This document shows, in pieces, positions 45,005 to 53,692 of a stretch of 53,692 nt of DNA. The stretch's first letter is position 1; every line of letters starts with the position of its first letter. The DNA is from an uncultured Gammaproteobacteria bacterium (lineage in GTDB: Bacteria; Pseudomonadota; Gammaproteobacteria; Steroidobacterales; Rariloculaceae): assembly GCA_964457725.1 (NCBI GenBank), contig CAYWGQ010000005.1:1-53692 (forward strand), written 5' to 3'. The notes under the pieces were generated by a model. The model searched no databases. It saw only the letters and a program-made list of their open reading frames with translations, and had not been told where the DNA came from. The position numbers were made by a program, and so were the translations under genes.

Positions 45005-47134
45005 ATGAGCGGTACGAGCCACATCGCCGAGGACGTAGAGCACGACGACGACGTGCTCGCGCGCACGGCGGAGCTGCCGATCCTCGAGCTGCAAGCCGAG
45101 CCCGACGTCTGGCAGGTCGACAGCGTCGTGGCCAACCGCTACGTGCTGAACCGCTACCTCGGCCACGGGCGCCTCGGCGACATCTACGAAGCAACCGACC
45201 GGTCGCTGTCCGACCCCCGGATCGCGCAGGAGCACACCGTCGCGCTGCATCTCCTGAGCGAGCCGCTCTCGAGCGAAACGTCGCTGCTTCGCAAGCTCGA
45301 GAGCTGCTACTACCAGCCGCACCTGTGGTCGCATCCGAACATCGTGAAGATTCGCGGGTTCGGCAGCCACGACGGCCGGTACTTCCTCGCGACGGAGCTG
45401 CTCGACGGCTTGTCGCTGCGCGCGATCCTGGACGAGACGCCGGGCGAGGGCCTGCCCGATCGCGAGACGCTCGGCGTCCTGCGCGCCGTCGGCGAAGCGC
45501 TCGAGTACGCGCACGCGAAGGGCGCGATCCACGGCGACATCCGCCCGCAGAAGGTGTTCGTCACGCACAACTACGGCGTGAAGGTGCTCGACCTGCTGCC
45601 CGCCTCGTTGCCGCGGAGGGCGCCGTTCTTCGTCGAGGACGCGGACTCCGCGACGCTCGCGCAGCCCGACCGGCGCGACGACGTCTACGGCCTCGCGTGC
45701 CTCGCGTACGAGCTCCTGACCGGCCGCCATCCGTACGAGGGCAAGTCGCCGCTCGGCGCGTGGAACGCACGCCTCGCGCCGCCGCCGATCGAGCGGCTGC
45801 GCGGTGCGCGCTGGAACGCGCTCGCGCGCGGCCTCGCATTGCGGCGCGACGAGCGCACGCCGACCGTCGCCGACTTCCTCGACGAGCTCGGCGTGACGGG
45901 TTTCGAGGTGCTGCGGCCCGACGAGCCGACCGCCGCGCGTGACGACGACATGCCGACGATCGGCGACTACTCGACGCTCGCGCCGCCGGCGTCGGCGGAA
46001 GCGGAGCCGTTCCCGGACGGGGCGGCGAGCCCGGTCGAGGCGGCGAGCCCGGTCGAGGCGTGGCCAATGGAGCCGCGGTCGACGGAGGCGGTGGCCGCGC
46101 GAGTTCCGCCGCAGCGGCGCGACCCGCTGATGGAGCCGCAACCGGAACCGCCGTTGCACCCCGACCTCGATCTCTACGTCGAAGAACGCGCGCCGCGGGG
46201 CGGATGGGGCGCGCCGCGCAAACGTCGAGGCGCCGGCACCTGGATCGGCGGAGCCGCCATCGTGGCCGCGATCGGCATCGCCGCCGCCTACGTGGTCTCC
46301 GAGCCGACGCGCGAGCGCGCCGACGAATGGCTGTCCGTCGCGCGGACGATCGGCGACAACCTGTGGCGCGACGCGGCGGCGATCGTCGCGACCGTGGGCG
46401 GCGCGGGTGATGCGCGCGACACCGGCGACACACGCCGAAGTGCGGATGCGCCGGCTATCCCTCCGCCGCGGTCCGACGGAGGGCCCTCCGCGGAGGGCGA
46501 CGGAGTCGACACTCGTCCCGACCCACGCACAGCAGCCGGAGTCGCCGCCGGCGAGCGGAACGCTGCCGATGGCGCCGAGCGCAACGCAGCCGATACTGAC
46601 GAACGGGAGGCAGTCGAGGCGGCGGGGCGGAGTGGACCCGACCCGGGCGCCGGACCCTCCATCCCACCGGCGCCGCCCGCATCGTCCGCCTCGTCGGTAT
46701 CGGCAAGGGAACCGAGCGCACGTGTGTCAACGCCGGCCGCGGAGTCGCCCGCGGAAGCGCTTTCGAACACCACGTCGCCGCCCCGCGCGCCGGAGCCCGA
46801 GCGCATCGAAGCCGTCTCCCCGACCGTCACGATCCGAGAGCGTCAAGGCGTCGCGGCCGTCCAGCTGCGCAGAGTCGGCGGAACGTTGGCCGAGTCGTCG
46901 TTCGTCTGGTCGACGATCGACGGCACCGCGACGGAGGCCGATGACTACGCGAGCTTCGGCGCGCGCGTCGAAACGTTCGAGGAAGGCGCGGAGACGCACA
47001 CGATCTTCGTGCCGATCGTCGTCGACTCGCGCCCCGAAGGCCGCGAAAGCTTCGTCGTCATCGTGAGCCGAACCGACGGACGCGACGCTGCCGCGCCACC
47101 GCTCGAGATCGAAGTCGTAATCGAGGACGACTAG
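45005..47134 (+). CDS. Membrane Ser/Thr-kinase-fold protein (probable pseudokinase) with C-terminal Calx-beta domain
   Basis: LGHGRLGDIY, HPNIV, IHGDIRP, DDVYGLACLAYELLTGRHPY; TM; Pro/Ala linker; TIDGTA...DDY...TFEEG...VPIVVD...EGRESFVV. Confidence 0.85.
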   Translation: MSGTSHIAEDVEHDDDVLARTAELPILELQAEPDVWQVDSVVANRYVLNRYLGHGRLGDIYEATDRSLSDPRIAQEHTVALHLLSEPLSSETSLLRKLESCYYQPHLWSHPNIVKIRGFGSHDGRYFLATELLDGLSLRAILDETPGEGLPDRETLGVLRAVGEALEYAHAKGAIHGDIRPQKVFVTHNYGVKVLDLLPASLPRRAPFFVEDADSATLAQPDRRDDVYGLACLAYELLTGRHPYEGKSPLGAWNARLAPPPIERLRGARWNALARGLALRRDERTPTVADFLDELGVTGFEVLRPDEPTAARDDDMPTIGDYSTLAPPASAEAEPFPDGAASPVEAASPVEAWPMEPRSTEAVAARVPPQRRDPLMEPQPEPPLHPDLDLYVEERAPRGGWGAPRKRRGAGTWIGGAAIVAAIGIAAAYVVSEPTRERADEWLSVARTIGDNLWRDAAAIVATVGGAGDARDTGDTRRSADAPAIPPPRSDGGPSAEGDGVDTRPDPRTAAGVAAGERNAADGAERNAADTDEREAVEAAGRSGPDPGAGPSIPPAPPASSASSVSAREPSARVSTPAAESPAEALSNTTSPPRAPEPERIEAVSPTVTIRERQGVAAVQLRRVGGTLAESSFVWSTIDGTATEADDYASFGARVETFEEGAETHTIFVPIVVDSRPEGRESFVVIVSRTDGRDAAAPPLEIEVVIEDD
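46021..46060 (+). repeat. In-frame 18-bp tandem repeat (AASPVE x2)
   Basis: GGCGGCGAGCCCGGTCGA occurs twice in tandem in the kinase linker. Confidence 0.8.
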
Positions 47135-47261
47135 GCGCACGTCGCTAGCGACGGCGCTGCGCCCACCGCTGCCGGCCCCGAAGCCCGACCGCCTCGAGCG
47201 CCCCCGAGCGGCGAAAGCGCCGCCGCCGAAAGTGGCCGCGGAATCGCGTACGCTTAGCGGC

Positions 47262-48170
47262 ATGACGACCGCGAACGATCTCTTCCCGGCCGATTTCCGC
47301 CTCGAGCGCCGCCGGGCGAACGGCATTCGGCTCAACGTGCGCTACGACGCCGACCCGGCGGGCCGTCCGCCGCTCCTGCTGCTGCACGGGTTTCCGCAGA
47401 CGCACGCGATGTGGCACAAGGTCGCGCCGCGGCTGCGCGAGCGCTACGCGCTCGTGATGCCGGATCTGCGCGGCTACGGCGACTCCGACAAGCCGGACGG
47501 ACCGCCCGATCATTCCGCGTACTCGAAGCGCGCGATGGCCGCGGACCTGGTCGCGCTGATGCGCGGGCTCGGCCACGAGCGCTTCTTCGTCTGCGGGCAC
47601 GATCGCGGAGGCCGCGTCGCGCATCGCCTCGCGCTCGATCATCCCGAAGCCGTGCGCGCGCTGATGCCGCTCGACATCTCGCCGACGCTGACGATGTACG
47701 AAGGCACGACGATGGCGTTCGCGCACGATTACTACCACTGGTTCTTCCTGATCCAGCCCGAGCCGCTGCCGGAGCGGCTGATCGGCGCGGAGCCCGCGTT
47801 CTACCTGCGCAGCAAGATTCGCGGCTGGGGATCGGGCGGCGGCGCGTTCTTCGATCCGCGCGCGCTCGCCGAGTACGAGCGCTGCTTCACGGACGCGGCG
47901 ATCCACGCGATGTGCGAGGACTACCGTGCGGCGGCGACGATCGATCTCGAGCACGATCGCGCCGACGCGGCGAAACGCATCGCGTGCCCGGTGCGCGTGC
48001 TTTGGGGCGAGCGCGGCGTCGTGCAGCGGCACTTCCATCCGGTCGAGGACTGGCGCGCGAAGGCGAGCGGCGAGGTCAGCGGGCGTGCCGTGCCGACCGG
48101 CCACTACATCGCCGAGGAAGCGCCGGAGCTGCTCGTGGAGGAAAGCGAGGCTTTCTTCGCGACGGCGTAG
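47262..48170 (+). CDS. Alpha/beta hydrolase, fluoroacetate/haloacetate dehalogenase type
   Basis: LHGFPQTHAMWH, YSKRAMA, GHDRGGRVA, YYHWFFL, CEDYRA, GHYIAEE. Confidence 0.88.
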   Translation: MTTANDLFPADFRLERRRANGIRLNVRYDADPAGRPPLLLLHGFPQTHAMWHKVAPRLRERYALVMPDLRGYGDSDKPDGPPDHSAYSKRAMAADLVALMRGLGHERFFVCGHDRGGRVAHRLALDHPEAVRALMPLDISPTLTMYEGTTMAFAHDYYHWFFLIQPEPLPERLIGAEPAFYLRSKIRGWGSGGGAFFDPRALAEYERCFTDAAIHAMCEDYRAAATIDLEHDRADAAKRIACPVRVLWGERGVVQRHFHPVEDWRAKASGEVSGRAVPTGHYIAEEAPELLVEESEAFFATA

Positions 48171-48223
48171 GCCGCCGCGTGGTGAGCACTTCGCGCCCGC
48201 GCCTACGCGCCGACCTGCCGCGC

Positions 48224-48820
48224 TCACTCCAACGGCGGCAGGCCGAGCAGCCTTCTGATCCCCGGCCTCGCGGCGTCGACGTTCGCGACGATCAAATCCT
48301 GCAGGCGCTCGATGCCTTCCTCCCGCGTCTGCACTTCCTCGTCGAGCCAAACGGCGCCCGCCGAGACGGGCTCCGCCTCGCCGTCGGAGACCGCGTAGAT
48401 CGCCATGTGCACGACGGCGATCAGGTCTTCCGGGTCCGAGGAGCTCGGGTCCCTCGCGAACCGCCGCATGTCGGCGAGGAGCTCCGGGGCGACTGCGTCG
48501 CGCACGGACTCGAGAGACGACCCGGGGCCGACTGCCGCCGGCCGCACCATCAGCACCATGTGAACGCCGTGAGACGCGAGGGTCCGCAGGAAGCGCCTGT
48601 CGTCGACGTCCTCCACGTCCGGGACGAGGTCGTAGCTCGTCACCGCGTCGTAATCGTGCTCGAGCGCCTTCGCGACCAGGCCTTCCTCGAACTCGGCTCT
48701 GAGGGCGGGCTCGTCGGCGAGCGCGACGACGGCCGATCTGTACGTGACGCCTTCCTGCGCGAGCGAGCCCACCGGCGCCCAAGCGCCGAGCAGCAAAGCG
48801 AACCCGAGGCAACGCACCAT
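48224..48820 (-). CDS. Exported hypothetical protein
   Basis: ATG 48820 after GGGGAG; signal peptide; alpha/beta-like body (VVALADEPALRAEFEEGL); no family recognised with confidence. Confidence 0.7.
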   Translation of the reverse strand: MVRCLGFALLLGAWAPVGSLAQEGVTYRSAVVALADEPALRAEFEEGLVAKALEHDYDAVTSYDLVPDVEDVDDRRFLRTLASHGVHMVLMVRPAAVGPGSSLESVRDAVAPELLADMRRFARDPSSSDPEDLIAVVHMAIYAVSDGEAEPVSAGAVWLDEEVQTREEGIERLQDLIVANVDAARPGIRRLLGLPPLE

Positions 48821-48966
48821 GGCTTCTCCCCTGAGCGAGCCGTTTCGCCCGCCCTTCCAGAAAGATAGAAGCGAGGCGAGCAACGGCTATTGGACCAAGG
48901 GCGTACGGGCAAGCAGGGGAAGCGAGCGCTGAAGCGCACGCCGAGATCGTCAGCGCTGAGCTTCGA

Positions 48967-50163
48967 TCACGGCGCCGGCTCGAGACGCAGCAGCGCGCCG
49001 TCTTCCTCGTCCGTCAGCAGGTAGAGCAGACCGTCGGGCCCTTCGCGCACCTCGCGAATGCGCTGTCGGAGCTCCCGCAGCATCGACTCGCGTCGAATCT
49101 CCTCCATGTTCTCGTTGAACACGATGCGCTGCAGATGGCCCGTGCCCGGGATCCGACCCTCCATCATCGCGCCGACGAAGACGTTGCCCTTCCACGCCGG
49201 AAACCGGTCGCCGGTGTAGACCGCCATCCCGGCGACCGCGATCGCGGGGATCCAGACGACGAGCGGCGGCTCGATGCCCTCGCGGGTCGGATGCTCGGAC
49301 ACGCGTCGGCCCGAGTAGTCGCGTCCGAAGCTAACCTCGGGCCAGCCGTAATCGCGCCCGGGCAGGATGACGTTCAGCTCGTCGCCGCCTTGGGGGCCGT
49401 TCTCGTGCTGCCAGATCTCGCCGGTCACGGGATGCACGATCAGGCCGAGCTGGTTGCGATGCCCGAGCGAGTAGATCTCCGGCCGATAGCCCTCGCGGCC
49501 GACGAACGGGTTGTCCGGCGGCACGGAGCCGTCGTCGTTCAGACGCAAGATCTTGCCCCGCAAGCTCATCGGATCCTGCGCGACGTTCACGACGTCGTTC
49601 TGCGACCGGCCGCCGGTCGACATGTACACCTTGCCGTCGCGGCCGAAGACGACGCGGCCGTTCAGCCCCGAGTTGCCCTCGTAGAAGTCCGGGACGAGGA
49701 GGTCCTCCACGTCGACGAGCGCGTGGCCTTCCAGCCGGCCGCGCATCAGCGCCGGAGCGCCCATCCCGTTGCCGACGGGCTTCGTGTAGGTCAGATAAAC
49801 GAGCGCGTTGCGCTCGAACTCCGGATGCAGCGCGACGTCCATCAGGCCGCCGTTGCCGTCGGTCCGGATCGCGGGCAAGCCCGCGATCGGCCGTGCGTCG
49901 AGCTCGCCGTTCCGAACGACGCGCAGGCGGCCGGCGCGCTCGGTGATCAGCATGTCGCCGTTCGGAAGGAATGCGATCGCCCACGGATGCGAGAGGCCCT
50001 TCGTCACGACGCTGACGCGCACCTTGTGCTGCTCGGCGGTGTCGAACACCCAAGGCCCATCGCCCAACGGCGGTACCGGCACGCCGATCCGAGGCGGCTG
50101 TGCGTGCCCGACTTTGACGGTCAAAAGCGCCGCGGCCAGCAGAGCGGAACGGCCGACTCTCAT
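48967..50163 (-). CDS. PQQ-dependent soluble aldose sugar dehydrogenase (YliI/Asd-like)
   Basis: GLSHPWAIAFLPNGDMLITERAGRLR, GGLMDVALHPEF, GKILRLNDDGSVPPDNPF, GHRN, ENGPQGGDELN. Confidence 0.92.
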   Translation of the reverse strand: MRVGRSALLAAALLTVKVGHAQPPRIGVPVPPLGDGPWVFDTAEQHKVRVSVVTKGLSHPWAIAFLPNGDMLITERAGRLRVVRNGELDARPIAGLPAIRTDGNGGLMDVALHPEFERNALVYLTYTKPVGNGMGAPALMRGRLEGHALVDVEDLLVPDFYEGNSGLNGRVVFGRDGKVYMSTGGRSQNDVVNVAQDPMSLRGKILRLNDDGSVPPDNPFVGREGYRPEIYSLGHRNQLGLIVHPVTGEIWQHENGPQGGDELNVILPGRDYGWPEVSFGRDYSGRRVSEHPTREGIEPPLVVWIPAIAVAGMAVYTGDRFPAWKGNVFVGAMMEGRIPGTGHLQRIVFNENMEEIRRESMLRELRQRIREVREGPDGLLYLLTDEEDGALLRLEPAP

Positions 50164-50247
50164 GCTGATCCCCCGTCGCAAATCCCGCCGAGAAGGATAG
50201 CTCGGCTCAGCGAATGTTGTCGCGGCGAGTGCCCGCGCGGGGCCCGT

Positions 50248-51015
50248 CTACGTTCGACGCAGAGCGCCCGCTGTGGATCGGCGCAGCCAATCGCCGAACT
50301 CGAGCGAACCGAGGCGTGCCTCGGGCCCGGGAATCAACGAGCGATCGTTCAGCTCTGCACCGAAATAGCGGGCGTGCGCATCGGCGACGACCTCGCGCGT
50401 CTCGAGCCGGGCGCCGAGCACCATGCGCCCGAGCTCGTCGAGCGGGATGGCTTCGGGCCCGCCGATCTCGACCGTGTCGTCGAGCGGCGCGCCGAGGGCG
50501 ATCTCGGCTAGAGCCGCCACGACCTCGTCCGCGACGATGGGTTGCATCAGCGCCGGCGACAGGCGATAGACGTCCCCGTCGAGCGCGCTCTCGGCGATCC
50601 GCTCGATGAACTCGAAGAACTGCGTCGATTGCAGGATCGAGTACGGGATTCCGGCGGCCTTGACGAGGTCCTCCTGCGCCGCCTTCGCACGCAGGTAGCC
50701 GCTGTCGACGACACGCTGCGAGCCGACCACAGAAAGGACGACGTGGTGCTGCACGCCGGCATGCCTTTCGGCCGCGAGCAGATTGCGTCCGGAGGTCTGA
50801 AAGAAATCCATCGCCGCCCGGTCCTCGAAGGAAGGAGAATTGGCGACGTCCACGACGACCGCGGCTCCGGCGAGGGCCTCGGCCAAGCCCGCTCCCGTCA
50901 GCGTGTCGACGCCGGTCTTGGGCGCGGCGGCGACGACCTCGTGCCCGCGCGTGCGCAGCACGTCGACGAGCTTGGAGCCGATGAGGCCCGTGCCTCCGAT
51001 CACGACGATTCTCAT
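50248..51015 (-). CDS. SDR/NmrA-like NAD(P)-binding protein
   Basis: MRIVVIGGTGLIG, VDVANSPSF, HHVVLSVVG, GYLRAK, TQFFEF; GAGGAGG SD. Confidence 0.9.
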   Translation of the reverse strand: MRIVVIGGTGLIGSKLVDVLRTRGHEVVAAAPKTGVDTLTGAGLAEALAGAAVVVDVANSPSFEDRAAMDFFQTSGRNLLAAERHAGVQHHVVLSVVGSQRVVDSGYLRAKAAQEDLVKAAGIPYSILQSTQFFEFIERIAESALDGDVYRLSPALMQPIVADEVVAALAEIALGAPLDDTVEIGGPEAIPLDELGRMVLGARLETREVVADAHARYFGAELNDRSLIPGPEARLGSLEFGDWLRRSTAGALRRT

Positions 51016-51028
51016 GGTTCGGACCTCC

Positions 51029-51862
51029 TCAGCTCTCGATGAACGCGAGCAGATCGCCATCGATGCGATCGGCGTGCGTGGTGCACATGCCGTGCGGCAG
51101 GCCCGGATAAGTCTTCAGCGTGCCGCGCTCGACGAGCTTCGCCGCGCGCAAGGCGGAGATGGCGACGGGCACGATCTGGTCGTCCTCGCCGTGCATGATG
51201 AGCACGGGCGCTTCGATCGAGCGCAGATCTGCGGTGAAATCCGTCTCCGAGAACGCCTCGATGCACTCGTATTGCGGCAACGCACCGCCCATCATGGCCT
51301 GGCGCCACCAATTGAGCCGCACTCGCTCGTTCACGTCCGCTCCGTCGCGGTTGTAGCCGTAGAACGACAGCGTGAAATCCCAATAGGTCGCCGGGCGGTC
51401 GGCCGCAAGCTGCGCGCGCAGCCCGTCGAACACCTCGATCGGAATCCCGTCGGGGTTCGCTGCGGTCTTGCCGAGCAACGGCGGGACGGCCGCGATCAGG
51501 ACCAGCTTTGCGGCTCTGTCGTTGCCGTATCGCGCGACGTATCTCGTCGCCTCGCCGCCGCCGGTCGAATGGCCGACGTGGATCGCATCGCGAACGTCCA
51601 GCTGATCCACGAGCGCGGCCACATCGGCGGCATACGTGTCCATGTCGTGCCCGTGCGCCGTCTGGCTCGACCGGCCGTGTCCGCGGCGATCGTGCGCGAT
51701 CACGCGGTAGCCTCGCCCGACGAAGAACAGCATCTGAGTGTCCCAATCGTCCGCGCTGAGCGGCCAGCCGTGATGAAATACGATGGTGCCCTTCGGCTCG
51801 CGCTCGGGGCTCCAGTCCTTGTAGAAAATCGCCGTTCCGTCGTTGGTCCTGATCGAGCTCAT
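51029..51862 (-). CDS. cpo: Non-heme chloroperoxidase/perhydrolase (alpha/beta hydrolase)
   Basis: IFYKDW, FHHGWPLSADDWD, HDRRGHGRS, GHSTGGGE, HGEDDQIVP, YPGLPHG; AAGGAG SD. Confidence 0.92.
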   Translation of the reverse strand: MSSIRTNDGTAIFYKDWSPEREPKGTIVFHHGWPLSADDWDTQMLFFVGRGYRVIAHDRRGHGRSSQTAHGHDMDTYAADVAALVDQLDVRDAIHVGHSTGGGEATRYVARYGNDRAAKLVLIAAVPPLLGKTAANPDGIPIEVFDGLRAQLAADRPATYWDFTLSFYGYNRDGADVNERVRLNWWRQAMMGGALPQYECIEAFSETDFTADLRSIEAPVLIMHGEDDQIVPVAISALRAAKLVERGTLKTYPGLPHGMCTTHADRIDGDLLAFIES

Positions 51863-52062
51863 GGCCGACTCCTTTTTCGCGATCGCATGTTGGTCGCTGC
51901 AGCTTGGCGGAAACCGGGCGCCGTGGCCTTGCATCGGCCTTGAATTGCGCTCGAGCTGGCGTCGAAGATTCGTCCAAAGGCGGCGTAGGGCCCGTGCTAT
52001 AAAGGGCGTGGTGCCATGGAACCTGGGCGCCGCGGTGCCCCGCCGAGGCAGAGGAGCGCCTC

Positions 52063-53610
52063 GTGATGCGATTCCGATTCGAGGACTGCATGCTCGACGC
52101 CGATCGGCGCGAGCTCACGCGGGCGTCTGCCGCCGTTGCGGTCGGACCTCAAGTCTTCGACCTTCTGCTCCACCTCGTCGCGAACCGGGAGCGCGTCGTC
52201 AGTAAGGACGATCTGCTCGATGCGGTCTGGCACGGGCGCATCGTCTCGGAATCCACCCTCACGAGCCACATCAACGCCGCCCGGACCGCGATCGGCGACA
52301 GCGGCCAGGAGCAAAAGCTCATCCGGACGGTGGCCCGCAAGGGCTTTCGCTTCGTCGCCGAGGTCAGAGAGGTCGGCAGCGAACCCGAGATCGAGGCGGC
52401 ACCGCTCGCGCTGCCCGACAAGCCCTCGATCGCAGTGCTGCCGTTCGTAAACATGAGCGGCGACGCGGCGCAGGACTACTTCGCCGACGGCATGGTCGAG
52501 GACATCATCACGGCGCTGTCCCACGTGCGGTGGCTATTCGTCATCGCCCGCAATTCGAGCTTCAGCTATCGGGGCCGGCCATGCGACATGAAGCAGATCG
52601 GTCGCGAGCTCGGCGTGCGCTATCTGCTCGAAGGCAGCGTCCGCAAAGCTGCCGACCGCGTCCGCATCACGGGCCAGCTCATCGACGCGGAGACGGGCGG
52701 GCATCTTTGGGCCGAGCGTTATGAGGGCACTCTCGGCGACGTGTTCGAGCTGCAGGATCGGATCACCGAGAGCGTCGTCGGCGCGATCGTCCAGGAGCTC
52801 GAGCGCGCGGAGATCGAGCGCGCGAAGCGAAAGGCGACGGAGAACCTCGACGCCTACGACTATTTCCTGCGCGGAATGGCGAGCTTCCACGTTTCGACGC
52901 GCGACAACGTCGATCGGGCGCTCGCGTCCTTTCACAAGGCCGTCGAGCTCGACCCCGATTACGCGTCCGCCTACGGAATGGCTGCGTGGTGCCTGTTTTG
53001 GCGCAGGGTCAACGGCTGGACGACGGACTACGCTCGGGAAACCGCCGAGGGCACGCGCCTCGCGCGCCTGGCAGTCGACCTGGGCAAGAACGACGCCGTC
53101 GCGCTCACGCGCGGCGGTCATGCGCTCGCTCACTTCAGCCGCGATTTCGCCACGGGGATCGATTTTCTCGACAAGGCGCTCGTGCTGAATCCGAACCTCG
53201 CGGCCGCATGGTTCCTGGGAGGCTTCTTGAGAGTCTGGCGAGGCTCGCCGGACGAAGCGATCGAGCGCTTCGAGCGCGCCATGCGCCTGAGCCCGCTCGA
53301 CGCCGAGATGTTTCGCATGCAGACGGGCGTCGCGTTCGCGCATTTCATCGCGCGGCGTTTCGATGCCGCGTGCCTGTGGGCCGAGCGGGCATATCGCGAC
53401 GTGCCGACCTTCATGCTCGCGGCCGCTGCGATCGCGGCGAGCTGTGCGCTTGCCGGGCGACTCCCCGCGGCCAAGAGAGCCATGCGCGACGTGCGCAGGC
53501 TCGATCCCGCTCTGCGGGTGGCCACGTTGGACGACATGCTCCACTTTCAGCGCGCGGAGGATGCCGCTCTGTTCGCGGAGGGGCTCAGGAAGGCCGGCCT
53601 GCCGGAATAG
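52063..53610 (+). CDS. Winged-helix (OmpR/CadC-type) + TolB-like + TPR transcriptional regulator
   Basis: RVVSKDDLLDAVW...IRTVARKGFRF wHTH; LPDKPSIAVLPFVNMS, YFADGMVEDIITALS; C-terminal TPRs. Confidence 0.92.
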   Translation: MMRFRFEDCMLDADRRELTRASAAVAVGPQVFDLLLHLVANRERVVSKDDLLDAVWHGRIVSESTLTSHINAARTAIGDSGQEQKLIRTVARKGFRFVAEVREVGSEPEIEAAPLALPDKPSIAVLPFVNMSGDAAQDYFADGMVEDIITALSHVRWLFVIARNSSFSYRGRPCDMKQIGRELGVRYLLEGSVRKAADRVRITGQLIDAETGGHLWAERYEGTLGDVFELQDRITESVVGAIVQELERAEIERAKRKATENLDAYDYFLRGMASFHVSTRDNVDRALASFHKAVELDPDYASAYGMAAWCLFWRRVNGWTTDYARETAEGTRLARLAVDLGKNDAVALTRGGHALAHFSRDFATGIDFLDKALVLNPNLAAAWFLGGFLRVWRGSPDEAIERFERAMRLSPLDAEMFRMQTGVAFAHFIARRFDAACLWAERAYRDVPTFMLAAAAIAASCALAGRLPAAKRAMRDVRRLDPALRVATLDDMLHFQRAEDAALFAEGLRKAGLPE

Positions 53611-53637
53611 CCAAGATCGCACCGCGGCGCGCAGCCC

Positions 53638-53692
53638 GTAGGAGCGGCTGTCTAGCCGCGATCTTCCGGCCGCGGATGAAGAGTCGCGGCTG
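53638..53692. repeat. REP doublet truncated by the window end
   Basis: Forward copy 53638-53661 (TCTAG variant); start of a reverse copy at 53684-53692. Confidence 0.88.

Noticed and set aside
46430-46800. Lower-GC stretch inside the kinase gene as an insertion element
   Set aside because: It stays in frame, encodes a disordered Pro/Ala/Ser linker with short repeats (ERNAAD x2), and has no terminal repeats or transposase.

Overview
This is a very GC-rich, gene-dense bacterial window. It is diderm: it has two TonB-dependent receptors and Sec/Tat-exported enzymes, and its gene content is most like environmental Gammaproteobacteria (inference). I can support about 45 CDS and a family of GTAG-type REP palindromes (11 full copies in 6 clusters, one cluster at each end). 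I found no rRNA, tRNA, CRISPR array, transposase or integrase. Main modules: (1) a five-gene type III PKS cluster (T3PKS, methyltransferase, FAD oxidoreductase, plus its own ACP and KAS-II); (2) an orphan operon of a Sel1-like protein, a kinase-less PpkA-like vWA ectodomain, a TagT-like ATPase and a TagS-like permease, with no T6SS or TagR in the window, divergent from a DUF748 protein; (3) a DUF6152 plus partner-domain system present fused, split and as a long stand-alone paralog; (4) a MalT-like LuxR regulator with a perfect palindrome ahead of a TBDR-NmrA-SnoaL run, divergent from a tannase/feruloyl esterase; (5) signal-peptide-bearing versions of normally cytoplasmic enzymes; (6) a membrane pseudokinase with a Calx-beta domain, a fluoroacetate-dehalogenase-type hydrolase and a Tat molybdoenzyme pair. 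All family calls come from motif recognition by eye; no database searches were run.
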